Positions 53,058 through 64,000 of a stretch of 64,000 nucleotides of DNA are shown here, in pieces. The DNA lies in assembly GCF_006345805.1 (NCBI RefSeq), contig NC_043012.1, positions 22,630,001 through 22,694,000 of the forward strand, read 5' to 3'. Position numbers and translations under genes: made by a program. The notes under the pieces were generated by a model. The model did not search any database, was not told the DNA's origin, and saw only the letters and a program-made list of their open reading frames with translations. The stretch comes from Octopus sinensis (taxonomy: Eukaryota). Each line of letters starts with the position of its first letter. Position 1 is the stretch's first letter.

Positions 53058-54253
53058 TCAATCTGGTTGCTGGGTAGGTCTATAGTTCTTGTTGTTCGCA
53101 TACTTCTTATGCATGCAATTTGGGGAGTGTTCTGAGATTTTGTTAAGGAGAGGGCCTTTGGCGAACAAGATCTCTAGGCTCTCCGATATGCAGGTCACAG
53201 CAGGTATGGCCTCCTGTGTATGAGCGCGCCTTCTGTAGTAGTTTCCACTTGGTCTTGAAGGGGATGGAGTTCCTTTTAAGGTACCAGATGTGGGCGGCGA
53301 GGGTAGTTTGGTTGGATTTATCCTGTCGCCGGAACGAGTGTGTGTGTGCGTACCAACGGTCCTAAAAGCTGTTTGACGTCATTCCGATGTAGGATTTTCT
53401 TTTATCGTCAGGGCCTGATCTTACCTCGCATGTATATACTAGGTCCCTCTGTAGGCAGTTGTTGTTGAGGGGGCAGGTGTTTTATCAGGCAGTTTGCAAT
53501 TGCTATCGGACGTTGGATGGGCCTCGGAAAAAGTAGATATGTTAAGTTTTTTCACATTGTTGTTGCTAGGTTCCTGGCTAGATTGGGCGTGGTAGAGTAG
53601 GAGAGTCTAATAGTGTTCTTATTTAGGATAGTGTAGTACTTATGTTGGGTGGGGAAGTGTTTCTGTAGGAGAGTGAAGAAGATTTTAGCTACAGGTGTAG
53701 CGACCTCACGGTTGAAGGGGGGGTTGTACCAGCTAATGTGTCTTCGTCTATTTTCCTGGGTTGGCGTGGGGCTATACTACTAGTATAGGTAATCTTATCT
53801 TTAAAGCCACTGCGGGCCAGGGCCTCGTTGTAATAGGGGGCTGCGGCCTTAAAGATATCTTCCGTGGCGGACAGGCTAGAAATTCAATTGAGACACTTTT
53901 TACTAGGTTATCTAATATATTTTGGGGTGGTTGGAATTAATATCTATATATCTAAGGGATTCATTCGGTTTGTGGTACGGGTAATAAAGTGAGGTTTTTA
54001 AGTCGAGGGTGACATCAAGGAAGTTAGCTTTTGTTAAGTTGGATTCTAAGGTAATCCTAAGGCCTAAGTTTTTAAAGAAGGTGTAAAGATTTTTCCGGAA
54101 CCCATCCGTGGTCCTGGGGTTTATTTTGTGGAGGGCGAAGAGGCCGTCATCGCGGTAAAGACCACCGGAGAGGCCTGTGAATAGGGTTTTCAGCCTATGG
54201 AGGATGAAAAGGCCCACTAGGTCACTTATTTCAGCAGAGTCGTTAGCACCCAT
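53058..54253 (-). pseudogene. 5'-truncated, frameshifted Penelope-like RT (motifs 4-7, thumb) plus C-terminal GIY-YIG endonuclease
   Basis: MG..AEISDLVGLFIL..GLYRDDGL..NFLDVTLDL..YHKPN..SNHP. Then, across frameshifts: YYNEAL, ISWYNPPFN, KLSYS-like RLSYS, CxC..CPLNNNC, LVYTCEV, SYIGMT..RWYAH, WKLL, and LNK..CMH. Confidence 0.9.
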
Positions 54254-54475
54254 GCTATAGACCTACCCGGCAACCAGATTGATGACACCCCACCCACAAA
54301 ACCCCCCCAATCCCACCGTTCCCCTAGCACCCCCGATTACCTTTTCTCCTAAGACCTTTCACATATTGTATGTGCACGCTTGTATATGTGTATCGTATAT
54401 ATGTATAGAAATGTATGGGTATAGTAGGAATATACGTATGTTTTGTGTGTGTGTGTGTGTGTATGTATAAAAAAA

Positions 54476-54520
<45 letters not shown>

Positions 54521-54884
54521 TATATGTATATATGTATATATGTGTGTATGCATATGTATGTGTATATGTATGTGTGTATGTATGTGTATGTATGTATAAA
54601 ATATTATATAATTAGGGCTTAGTAAAATAAATTACTTTGCCACATACTGAACTTTCTAGAAATAGCAGCCAAAAAAGTTTTTTAGCCTCTTCCACTACTT
54701 AGAGAATATTTTCCCTCAGACATTGTTTACTCAAAAAAATAATGGTCCTTTTACATACTGAATACTTGGTGAAATTGATTAATAACTAATTAACTTTACC
54801 CTCAATTGTTGATATATGTATATGTGTGTGTATATATATGTGTATGTATATATATATGTACATGTATGTATATGTGTATGTATG

Positions 54885-54926
<42 letters not shown>

Positions 54927-54929
54927 AGC

Positions 54930-54983
<54 letters not shown>

Positions 54984-55483
54984 GTGTGTATGTGTATTAT
55001 GTATATATTTATATATTATATGTATATGTATATGTATGTGTGTGTTATGTATATATGGTATATATACGAGTGTACGCGAGTATGTCGATGTATATGTAGG
55101 TATGTAGAGTTATGTGTATGTGCATGTATGTGAGTGTAGATACAAATTGTAGATGTGTATATATATGTATGTGTATATATACATGTATATAGGTATATGT
55201 ATGTGTGTGTATATGTATATATATATATATATATGTATATGCGAGTATGTAGAGATATAAGTATGTGCATGTGTATATATATGTGTGTATATATATGTAT
55301 AGGTATGTGTATGTGTATGTATGTATATATATATGTGTGTGTGTATGTATGCATATATGTATGTATGTATGTATATGTGTATGTATATATGTGTGTAAGT
55401 GTGTGTATATATGTATATGTAAGTGTGTGTGCGTGTATGAGTATGTATGTATGTTTGCACACATGTATATGTGTGTGTATGTG

Positions 55484-55531
<48 letters not shown>

Positions 55532-56473
55532 GTATATGTGTGTGTGTGTATAATGTGGTGTAGGTGTATATGTATGTATCTATATATGCGTGTGTATGTG
55601 TAATGTACATATACGCGTACGCTCGTGTGTTTATGTATATGTAGGTACGTAGAGTTATCTATGTGTGTATATATTTGTACATGTGTGTAAGTATGTATAT
55701 ATATATATGTGTATGTGTGTGTGTGTATATATATATATATATGTATATGTATATGTATATATATGTGTATATATGTATGTTATTATATATATATATATAT
55801 ATATGTGTGTAAGTTATATGTATGTATCCGTCTATATATATAGGTAACTGCACGTACATATACTTAATATTTATTATTTATTTTTGAGTATGCATGTATT
55901 GAATAACTGCGCGTATATATATTTTACTATTTACTTATATTTTTTGAGTATGCATGTAGTTGAATATAAGGAGGGCGCGTGTTTGTGTGTGGTATGTTTA
56001 AGCATTATATATTTATACTTTTACGCATGTGTGTACTTATGTGTATATTGTGATGCGCGCGTGTGTGTGTGTGTATGGGTACGCATGTACATGTGTTTGT
56101 GCGTGTATGTGTAATTGAGTATGTATGTATGTTGTGTGCGTATATTTGTATTTGTATGTATGTATATGTATGTGTGTGGTATGAATATATATATAATATA
56201 ATATATATATATAATATATATTTGTGTGTGTATATGTATGTAGTATATGTATACGCGTATGTGTATGTATTTGTTGTGTATCAATGCGCGTATATATATG
56301 TATGTATATGTATACGTGTGGGTGGTGTATGGGTATAAATGTATGTATGTATACGTATGTATGTGTATGTGTGTAATGTATGTATGTGTATGTGTGTATA
56401 TATATGTATGTGTGTGTATATGTGTATATATATGTGTTATATATATATATATATATGGTGTATATATGTGTGA

Positions 56474-56505
<32 letters not shown>

Positions 56506-57506
56506 ATTTGTATGTAGGTGTATATGTATGCGTGTGTATTTATATTTATTGGTGTATATGTATAGACTAGCCTTCTAAGAGTGTAGACATGAATCTGTAG
56601 GTACACGTATGTGTATATACGTGAATGTATGTAGATGTATGTATGTATGAATATAACGCTGCGTGCGTGTTGTGTATGAGTGTACGAATGAGTGAGTGTA
56701 CGTGCTAAAGAGTGTGCGTGAGTGAATGAGTGCTTGTTTTCCAGGTCATAGCCAAGATGTTTGTGACCAAGCGGCCAAAGATAACAAAAGTAATAAACGA
56801 AGCTAATAAAATTAAAATTAGGGAATGGGTCTGTATTTGTATGTGTATATATATATGTGTGTATGTGTAGGTATGCATAGGTACACATATGTATATATAT
56901 ATATATATATGTATGTGTATATATGTGTGTATGTGTATATATGTGTATATAGGGACTAGTGTGTTGTGTGTGCATGTGTGTGTGTGGATATGTGTGTGTA
57001 TGCGTGTATGTGAGTATGTGTGTGTATGTGTATATATATTTTTCTGTGTGTATATGTATGTGTGGTCTCGTGTGTGTATATATACATGTGTGTATACGTG
57101 TATGCATGTGAGTGTGTGTATGTATACATATATGTGTATGTGTAGATATGTATATGTATGTGTAAGTGTATATATATGTATATATATGTGTGTGTATGTA
57201 TGTGTGTATGTATATGTATATATGTTTGTATGTGTGTGTATATATGTATACATATGTGCATGGGTATAAGTGAGAATCTCCTTATTTACCTAAAACTCTA
57301 TTCCCCTTTTTTTTTTCTTTTTTTTTTATATATATTTTTTTATTTTTTATTTTTATTTTTTTATTCTTCTATCTAATTTAACACTGACTCCTTGACCACT
57401 CCCCCAAGTATGATATTTTGCGCTATGCCTACCCCCAAAAAGTCCCCCACCAACACCCCTTTAAACCTGCCTAAATGTATAAATGCCAATACAATTCTTG
57501 TTAACT

Positions 57507-57557
57507 AGCTTCCTGAAGATTTCTCTTGAATGAAACAGTTCTAGTCCTGTAGAAGCT
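57507..57557 (+). ncRNA. Type I hammerhead ribozyme fold, right arm
   Basis: Same 51 nt as the left copy: stem I agcttc/gaagct (6 bp), core CUGAAGA/GAAA, stem III acag/ctgt, predicted GUA cleavage after 57551. Confidence 0.7.
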
Positions 57558-58259
57558 CCTTCTATATAATAAATTAATTTTACTCTGCTATGTATTGAGT
57601 ACCTTATTTACTGTGGTTAACCCCGAATCACCCGGGACCTACATAATCAGCCGAAATTACTACGATGATCCGGTTCTTGACTGAAGACTGAGGGGTTCGA
57701 AGTCCTGTCCATGTTTATTGTATCGTCTTCTGTGAGTTATACGTTCTTGTCCATGTGTATTTTTCTTACATACCTTATATATATATATATATAATATATA
57801 TTGTATTGTGATATATATATACTGATATGTAAGGGAAGACCCAAGGATCAAGGTGTAGGAAGGTAGTGAGTTTCAAGTAACCTGTAGAAAATACGAAAAA
57901 CAATTTTCTGGAACAATAGAAGTTTACTGGTGCAGAATGTTGTGAATTTTTCCAGTACCGAAGTATGATAAACTGAAAAAAAGTTAATTGTATAATTCAT
58001 GGTTGGCAACAGAAGTTGTATATGTGAATAAACATCTAAAAATTAGGGAATGAAGTAGATAAATTCCAGGCAGAACCTTGGCAGTAGTAAATTATCCAAA
58101 CGAGGCAGGAGACTGAAAGCTACACTTCAAGGTAAAGGATACCTTGATTATATGAAGTTTACATTGTCATTTGGAGATCCTGCGTTAACTGAAAGGATTC
58201 AATTCCCTACAACATTCTCCAATTTTTGGATACATATATATATATATACACATATATAT

Positions 58260-58295
<36 letters not shown>

Positions 58296-58927
58296 CATCA
58301 TCATCATCGTTTAATGTCCGTTTTCCATGCTAGCATGGATTGGATGGTTCGACTGGGGTCTGGGAAGCCAACAGAGTGGTTGGCGTTAGGAAGGGCCTCC
58401 AGCTGTAGAAACACTGCTAGATCAGACTGGAGCCGGGTGCAACCTCCTGGCTATGCATATATATATATATACATATATATATATTTATATATATTTATAT
58501 ATATATATGCATATATATATATGCATATATATATACATATATATACATATACACATATATACACATCTATATATATACACATATATGCATATATATACGT
58601 ATATGCATATATATATACATATATGTATATATACATACATGCATATATACATATATATATATATATATATACTTTGATACTTTGATAGGTTTCGGCCATT
58701 ATTGGCCCAGGCCATGTCTAACTGAATAGCACCACCTGGAACTTAATAGCTATATATATATATATATATTATATATATATATATAAAAAAGCAATTAAGA
58801 TTCAAGTCAATTCTAATGAATTCACTTTAATGCGGTACTTAACTTAGATGCACCAGAAAACTATATGGTGTTAACCATACAGTAATGTGGGGTGATTATA
58901 AACGAGAAAGAAGCAACAAGAATGGAT

Positions 58928-58959
<32 letters not shown>

Positions 58960-60187
58960 TGCATATATATACATATATGTATATATATATACATATACAT
59001 ATATGTATATATATATACACACACATATATATATATACACATATATACATATACATATATATATATATATACATATACATATAAATATATACATATACAT
59101 ATAGATATATACATATACATATAAATATATATATATAGTTGCTATTATGTTTAACTGTCACATGTCCAAATTTGGCCAAATGCATTTTTTTTTTAATATT
59201 TATTTTTGCTTTCAATAGCTGGTTCTTTTGGTCGAACTGTCAAATCTCCAGCTGCTTAAGATGCCAAGATATCAAAAATTGTCAAAGTGTAGTACAATGG
59301 CTTTGCTATGGAATGGTGAAACTATTAATTCGTTTTCTGAAAAACCAAAGCTTTGGACATACAACACTTTTGCATAATAGCAACAATACATATATACATA
59401 CATATATGAATGAGTGCAGCTTCTACAGATTGTAGAGGGGTTTATAATTTCTTTTTATAAAATTCACTGTATAATATGATACGATATTATATTTATATTT
59501 ACACTTTAGTGTTTCATAAATTTTATAAATTATTTTATATATGAATGTGATATTTTTATACTTTCTTTATCCTTTCATAATTTTTCCAGTGTTTGTAATT
59601 TATAAATACATTTTTTTACAAGGTTTTTTTTTTTTATAAAAGGTTACACAATATGGAAATACTTATTTTATTTTATTTTAGCCTTTAATCATGTACTATT
59701 CAATAAATAGTTATACATGCTTATATTGGTTCAGCTATTACCTCCACACGTACTCAATTATACATTTAACATACCTCTACATTAATTACTCCTTACAACC
59801 GGTTCCATATTTTTGATATCTTATAACTTATCCACCTGTAATGAGGAGGATAGTACATATATATGTGTATATATTATACTTTTCACAAGAGGAGTGATAG
59901 GGACTTCAAAGTTTTGGCTTGCTAGCCGTCATGAGACTGCAGTACATTTGGGTTCCTCTTGTTTTCATGCAACTTCTGATAAGTTGGTGTTTTGGGGACA
60001 TATGAGGCTATGTGGAACGATAATTTGGTTTGGTGTGCGTATATCTGGGAAGTAGTTACATAGGCAAGGTAAAAGAGAAGGGCAGGAGAAAAGTATCCTT
60101 GTAGGGTGAGTGCTGGTGGAAAGATATTATAGATGAGTTTATTGTTTAAGGTGAGAGTTGCATTACTGTTTAGGTGTATCAAATTCA

Positions 60188-60275
60188 GATCAAAAAGTGG
60201 TGATCTCTCAAAGTCGATGGAACTAGTGGCAGAAGGAGACTCAAGAAGACATGGGATGAGGTAGTGAAGGACAAC
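60188..60275 (+). pseudogene. RTE-clade LINE C-terminal fragment
   Basis: KKW*SLKVDGTSGRRRLKKTWDEVVKDN. Confidence 0.7.
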
Positions 60276-60332
60276 TGCAATATTTTGGTAACTTATTTGC
60301 TTCCTTCATCATGTTACCTTAAAAGTAGCTTA

Positions 60333-60560
60333 ACATTCAAAGTTGAGGTCATCATGCTGCACTGTCTGAAGCCACCTTTTTCTGCTAGTTCTTTGATCCT
60401 ATGCTGATACCAGTTCTTGCTCTTCAAAGCAAAGAATTTATTCACTGAGGCTTCCACTTCATCTTTGCAAAATGTTGTGAGGGTAGGAAGTGAGCTATGG
60501 ATTGGGACAAGTAATAATCTGAGTGAGCTACGTCACATGATCCCATTGATATGGGATTGT
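60333..60560 (-). pseudogene. mariner (DD34D) transposase C-terminal fragment
   Basis: DVAHSDYYLSQSIAHFL...DEVEASVNKFFALKSKNWYQHRIKELAE/WLQTVQHD, a decayed SPDLAPSDY motif. Confidence 0.75.
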
Positions 60561-60794
60561 ATGACAGTGCTGACATCTGCAATCTTATATGTCTCTACAT
60601 CAAGATCCAAATCCCCATCCTATTCTGTTGGTCTATACCAAAACGATGGATTGGGAGCTTCTCATGATTGTGATGGTCACACTCTTGATAAATTTAGGAA
60701 AACCTCATCACTACCTTTAGTCAATTATGCCTCAAAATTACACTCACTACTAATGTGTTAAAAGTTGATATTTTTAATGTTTCCTTATATCTAA

Positions 60795-61730
60795 ACTCTC
60801 ACTTTATAAACAATACGATAAGCCTAACGAAAAACTTTCTTACTTGCACAAACAGTCTATCCACACACCCTATAATGTTTTAAAACCTGCAAGCTAACAT
60901 TAGCAACAGGATATCCAATCTCTCTTTTAAAGAAATGTTTGATAAAGTAAGCCCCTACTACAACAATGACCTAACTAACAGTGACTTCAAAGATAAGATA
61001 TATTACAACCCTTCTAATAGTTATATGAATAATGAAAACAGAGTTAGGAAAATAACAAGGAAAATAATTTGGTTCACACCCCACTTCTTAAATGTTAAAA
61101 ATAATGTAGATAAGAGATTCCTATCCCTCTTGAATAAGTATTTCTGGGAAAATCACAAATACAAAAAGATCCTAAAAAGATATTTAACAGATACTCAATT
61201 AAATTATCATATGGCTGCTGTCTCAAAATGAAGAACATCATTACCCATAAACACCATCAACAACCCACTCCCAGTTGCAAATGTTGAGACCCTGAAACTT
61301 GCCCACTTGCCCACTTGACCAGGTGTGCATGATAAATTCTGGTGTGTATGAGGCAGAAGTTACAGCAATGCAACATGATAACCTAATTAAAAAGAATTAC
61401 ATCAGGCTATGTGAAGGTGAATTCAAAAAATGATATGATAACCACCTATCTTCTTTCTGGCACATGAACAAAAGTAAAGCCATTAAGTTGGTTAGCCATG
61501 TATGAAGTTTGAAGACCAACTCTATTCATATACAATCAAGTGGAAAATCATAGAAAAATCCATACCATATGTTAATGTATCTCAAAAATGCAGTTATACA
61601 TAGATGAAAGATCATATATACCTTTTAGTTCTAAGAATTCCAATGCATTGATGAATTCTAGATCAGAAATTTTCAGAAATGCAGACATATAGATAAGTTT
61701 CTTTTGGTGAATTGCAGAACACCACCCTCT
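60795..61730 (+). pseudogene. Second, older Penelope-like relic (RT thumb plus GIY-YIG) of the same type
   Basis: KPNEKLSY, SPYYNNDL, RKIIWFTP, IKLSYGC, CKC*DPETCPL, GVYEAEV, NYIRLCEGEFKK, IKWKII, and KCRH. Confidence 0.8.
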
Positions 61731-62924
61731 CCAGATAGAGCAGCTGTATCGTAGACTTTAGACCCATTCTGTTGATTCTACACCAACTAGCCTTATGGTT
61801 TTATGGTCAAAGGTGATATCAACATAATTATCTTTCTGCTTTTGTTTTTTCTTTTTTCACTTCCAATTTTTGCATCCACTTTTCTTTTTTTTTTCTTTTT
61901 TGGTGATTTCTCTTGTTCTATTGTCCTCATTTGTAACTTGAATAGATCATGTTCTTAAAACCTGAAGATTGCAATGTCTGAAGCTATTAGTAGCTCATGA
62001 CTATATATTGCGTATAATGAATAATATTTATCTCTTACCAGATGGAGTACTTTTTTAAAATCTTATTTTAAAGAAAAAGTAAACTCTCTCTCTTTCTCTT
62101 TATATATATACACGCACATTATATACATATATATGTATAAAGTAAACAGAAAATGGAGAAATATTGATCAACAACAATTGACTAACATTGATTATTACTT
62201 TTTAATACAAAGACTTTATCCCATCTAACAGCCGTTTCTGATTCCAATGCTCCACAGTATTACCATTGAAAATTCTTAGAATAATATTCGTCATATTTTG
62301 TAATACATGTGAACTGGAACATGGGGCTTCATCAGAGTGAAGAAAAATACATAAAAGAAAAGAAAAGAAGACGAGCCTCGAGAACAAGAAGAAGGTCTTA
62401 ATATATTTGAATCATACCATTTTGCATATGTGATGCTTCAGGACATTGAGTAAATGACTAAACTAAAAATATTAATTGGTGGGGTAATTCTCCTTTAGGG
62501 GTAACAGGGTGTATAAATATTAACAAAAGTAAAATAAAAACTTTACTGTAACAGGATACACCAATAGGTCTAGAAAAGGAGGGAGTGATAGTGCCATACT
62601 GTTTAGAAGTAATCATAATAGTTCTTGAAAGTTGACCACGGTGGAATTTGAACTCAGAACATAAAGACAGGCTAAATACCATTTCACCCAGTATGCTAAT
62701 GTATCTGCCAGCTCACCGCCTTACAAAGGACAAGCTATTAAGACTGTTATATGGGTAGATGTAAATAAAAAAATAAATAAAAGTATGGAGTAGTATATGT
62801 AAACCGCTTACAACATTGCAAATGAAACAAACATGTGAACAAGTACCATATATGTATGTATATATATATAAATAAATATATATACACACATATATGTACA
62901 CACACACATATTTATAAAAAAAAA

Positions 62925-63250
62925 AAGGAACACTCTGTTAGTTATGATGACGAGGGTCCCAGCTGATACAATCACCAGAACAGATTGGTTGTGAAATTAA
63001 CGTGTAAGTGACTGAGCACTCTGCAGACACATGTGCCCTTAACATAGTTCTCAGGGAGATTCAGCATAACACAGAATATGACAAGGCTGGCCCTTTGAAA
63101 TACAGGTACTACTGATTTTTGCCAGCTGAGTGGACTGGAGCATCGTGAAATAAAGTGTCTTGCTCAAGAACACAATATGTCACTGGGAATTGAACTCACA
63201 ATGTTACTATCATGAGCCAAACACCTCTAACCACTAAGCCACATGCCTTC
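62925..63250 (-). mobile_element. tRNA-derived SINE, family E
   Basis: Minus-strand head gtgaaggcatgtggcttagtggttagagg...gagttcaattccc followed by cttgagcaagacactttatttcacg. Confidence 0.75.
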
Positions 63251-63254
63251 ACCA

Positions 63255-63705
63255 ATTGGATGAAATTTTGAGTGAACTTGCAATTAAACAACCGAGATTG
63301 GTCAATAGAGACAGGCCAATTCTCTTGCAAGACAATGCTTGACCACATGTTGCACAAAGAATGCTACTGAAGTTACAGGAACTGAACTTGGAAGTGCTCT
63401 GTCATCCACCATATTCACCAGACCTTGCACCAACTGACTTTCACGTTTTCCAAGCATTAGACAACATTTTGCAAGGAAAAAACCTCAAATCTGAAGAAGA
63501 TGCAAAAAAAGCCTTTCATGATCTCATCACCTCTTGCTCTCCAGAATTCTTTGCTGCCAGCATAAATAAACTACCGATAAAATGGCAAAATTGTGTTGAT
63601 AAATTTAGGTGCATACTTTGATTAACTGCATTGCTTTTTGTTGAGATAAAGTGAAATAAACTTTCAGTTCAAAATTGGACATTTCATTCTTGATAATCTG
63701 ATATA
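63255..63705 (+). pseudogene. mariner (DD34D) transposase 3' half
   Basis: RPILLQDNA*PH...LEVLCHPPYSPDLAPTDFHVFQAL...INKLPIKWQNCV. Confidence 0.9.
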
Positions 63706-63706
63706 T

Positions 63707-64000
63707 CGCTGTGACCGTGACCGACCAGACTATCAGATGTTGCAACACATCGCTGGTCACAATGCCTTCAAATGACTCCACCCCGCTGGCTAAGCGAGCA
63801 GGCCAACAGAAGAAAGAGTGATAGAAAGTTGTGGCAAAAGAGTACAGCAGGGATCGACACGACCCTCTGCTGGAGCTTTGTGGAGCTTTAGGTGTTTTCG
63901 CTCAATAAACACTCACAATGCCCAGTCTGGGAATCAAAACCGTGATCCTACGACTGCGAGTCTGCTGCCTTAACCACTGGACCATTGTGCCTCCACAACA
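63707..64000 (-). mobile_element. Family D SINE
   Basis: Reverse complement of 2146-2460. Confidence 0.85.

Larger units (their letters stand above)
49972..57573 (-). mobile_element. Penelope-like element with an inverted pseudo-LTR: ~7.6 kb palindrome
   Basis: The left arm 49972-53085 is the reverse complement of the right arm 54255-57573; unique islands match (50040-50200 / 57360-57500, 50603-50730 / 56690-56835, 52530-52735 / 54605-54812). The 1169 bp spacer encodes a PLE RT and GIY-YIG. Confidence 0.9.

Noticed and set aside
50163-57376. Many long ORFs rich in Y/I/H/T or V/C/M (up to 356 aa), and similar ORFs throughout the window
   Set aside because: They are translations of (CA)/(TA)/(GATA)/(AAT) microsatellites, which lack stops in some frames. 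No real protein signal.
61278-61310. In-frame TGA in CKC*DPETCP read as selenocysteine (Sec-containing PLEs are reported in the Naiad clade)
   Set aside because: The TGA occupies the Arg position of CxCR (CGA>TGA CpG decay), the element has a C-terminal rather than N-terminal endonuclease, and the Cys codons in the other copy are TGC/TGT.

Overview
Eukaryotic, AT-rich DNA saturated with repeats. The SINE families, microsatellite density and element types point to an octopus-like cephalopod; this is inferred, not database-checked. No host protein-coding gene could be identified, and nearly all ORFs in the supplied track are microsatellite or SINE artefacts. Recognisable content: several tRNA-derived SINE families; decayed Tc1, mariner and maT transposases; RTE and R4/Dong LINE ends; TA-, TTAA- and hAT-type MITEs; a non-autonomous Helitron; and two Penelope-like (PLE) RT/GIY-YIG relics. 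The standout structure is a ~7.6 kb palindrome (49972-57573). Its two ~3.1-3.3 kb microsatellite-packed inverted arms flank a 5'-truncated PLE ORF, and each arm ends in a type I hammerhead-ribozyme fold. Also notable are a 10-unit head-to-tail array of headless SINE monomers (20775-22637), a 6-unit chimeric RTE-tail/SINE array (42803-45363) and a ~330 bp near-perfect inverted duplication (13026-13850). Scattered indels suggest a noisy long-read assembly, so palindromes and arrays need read-level confirmation. All coordinates and translations were derived by hand and may be off by a few bases.
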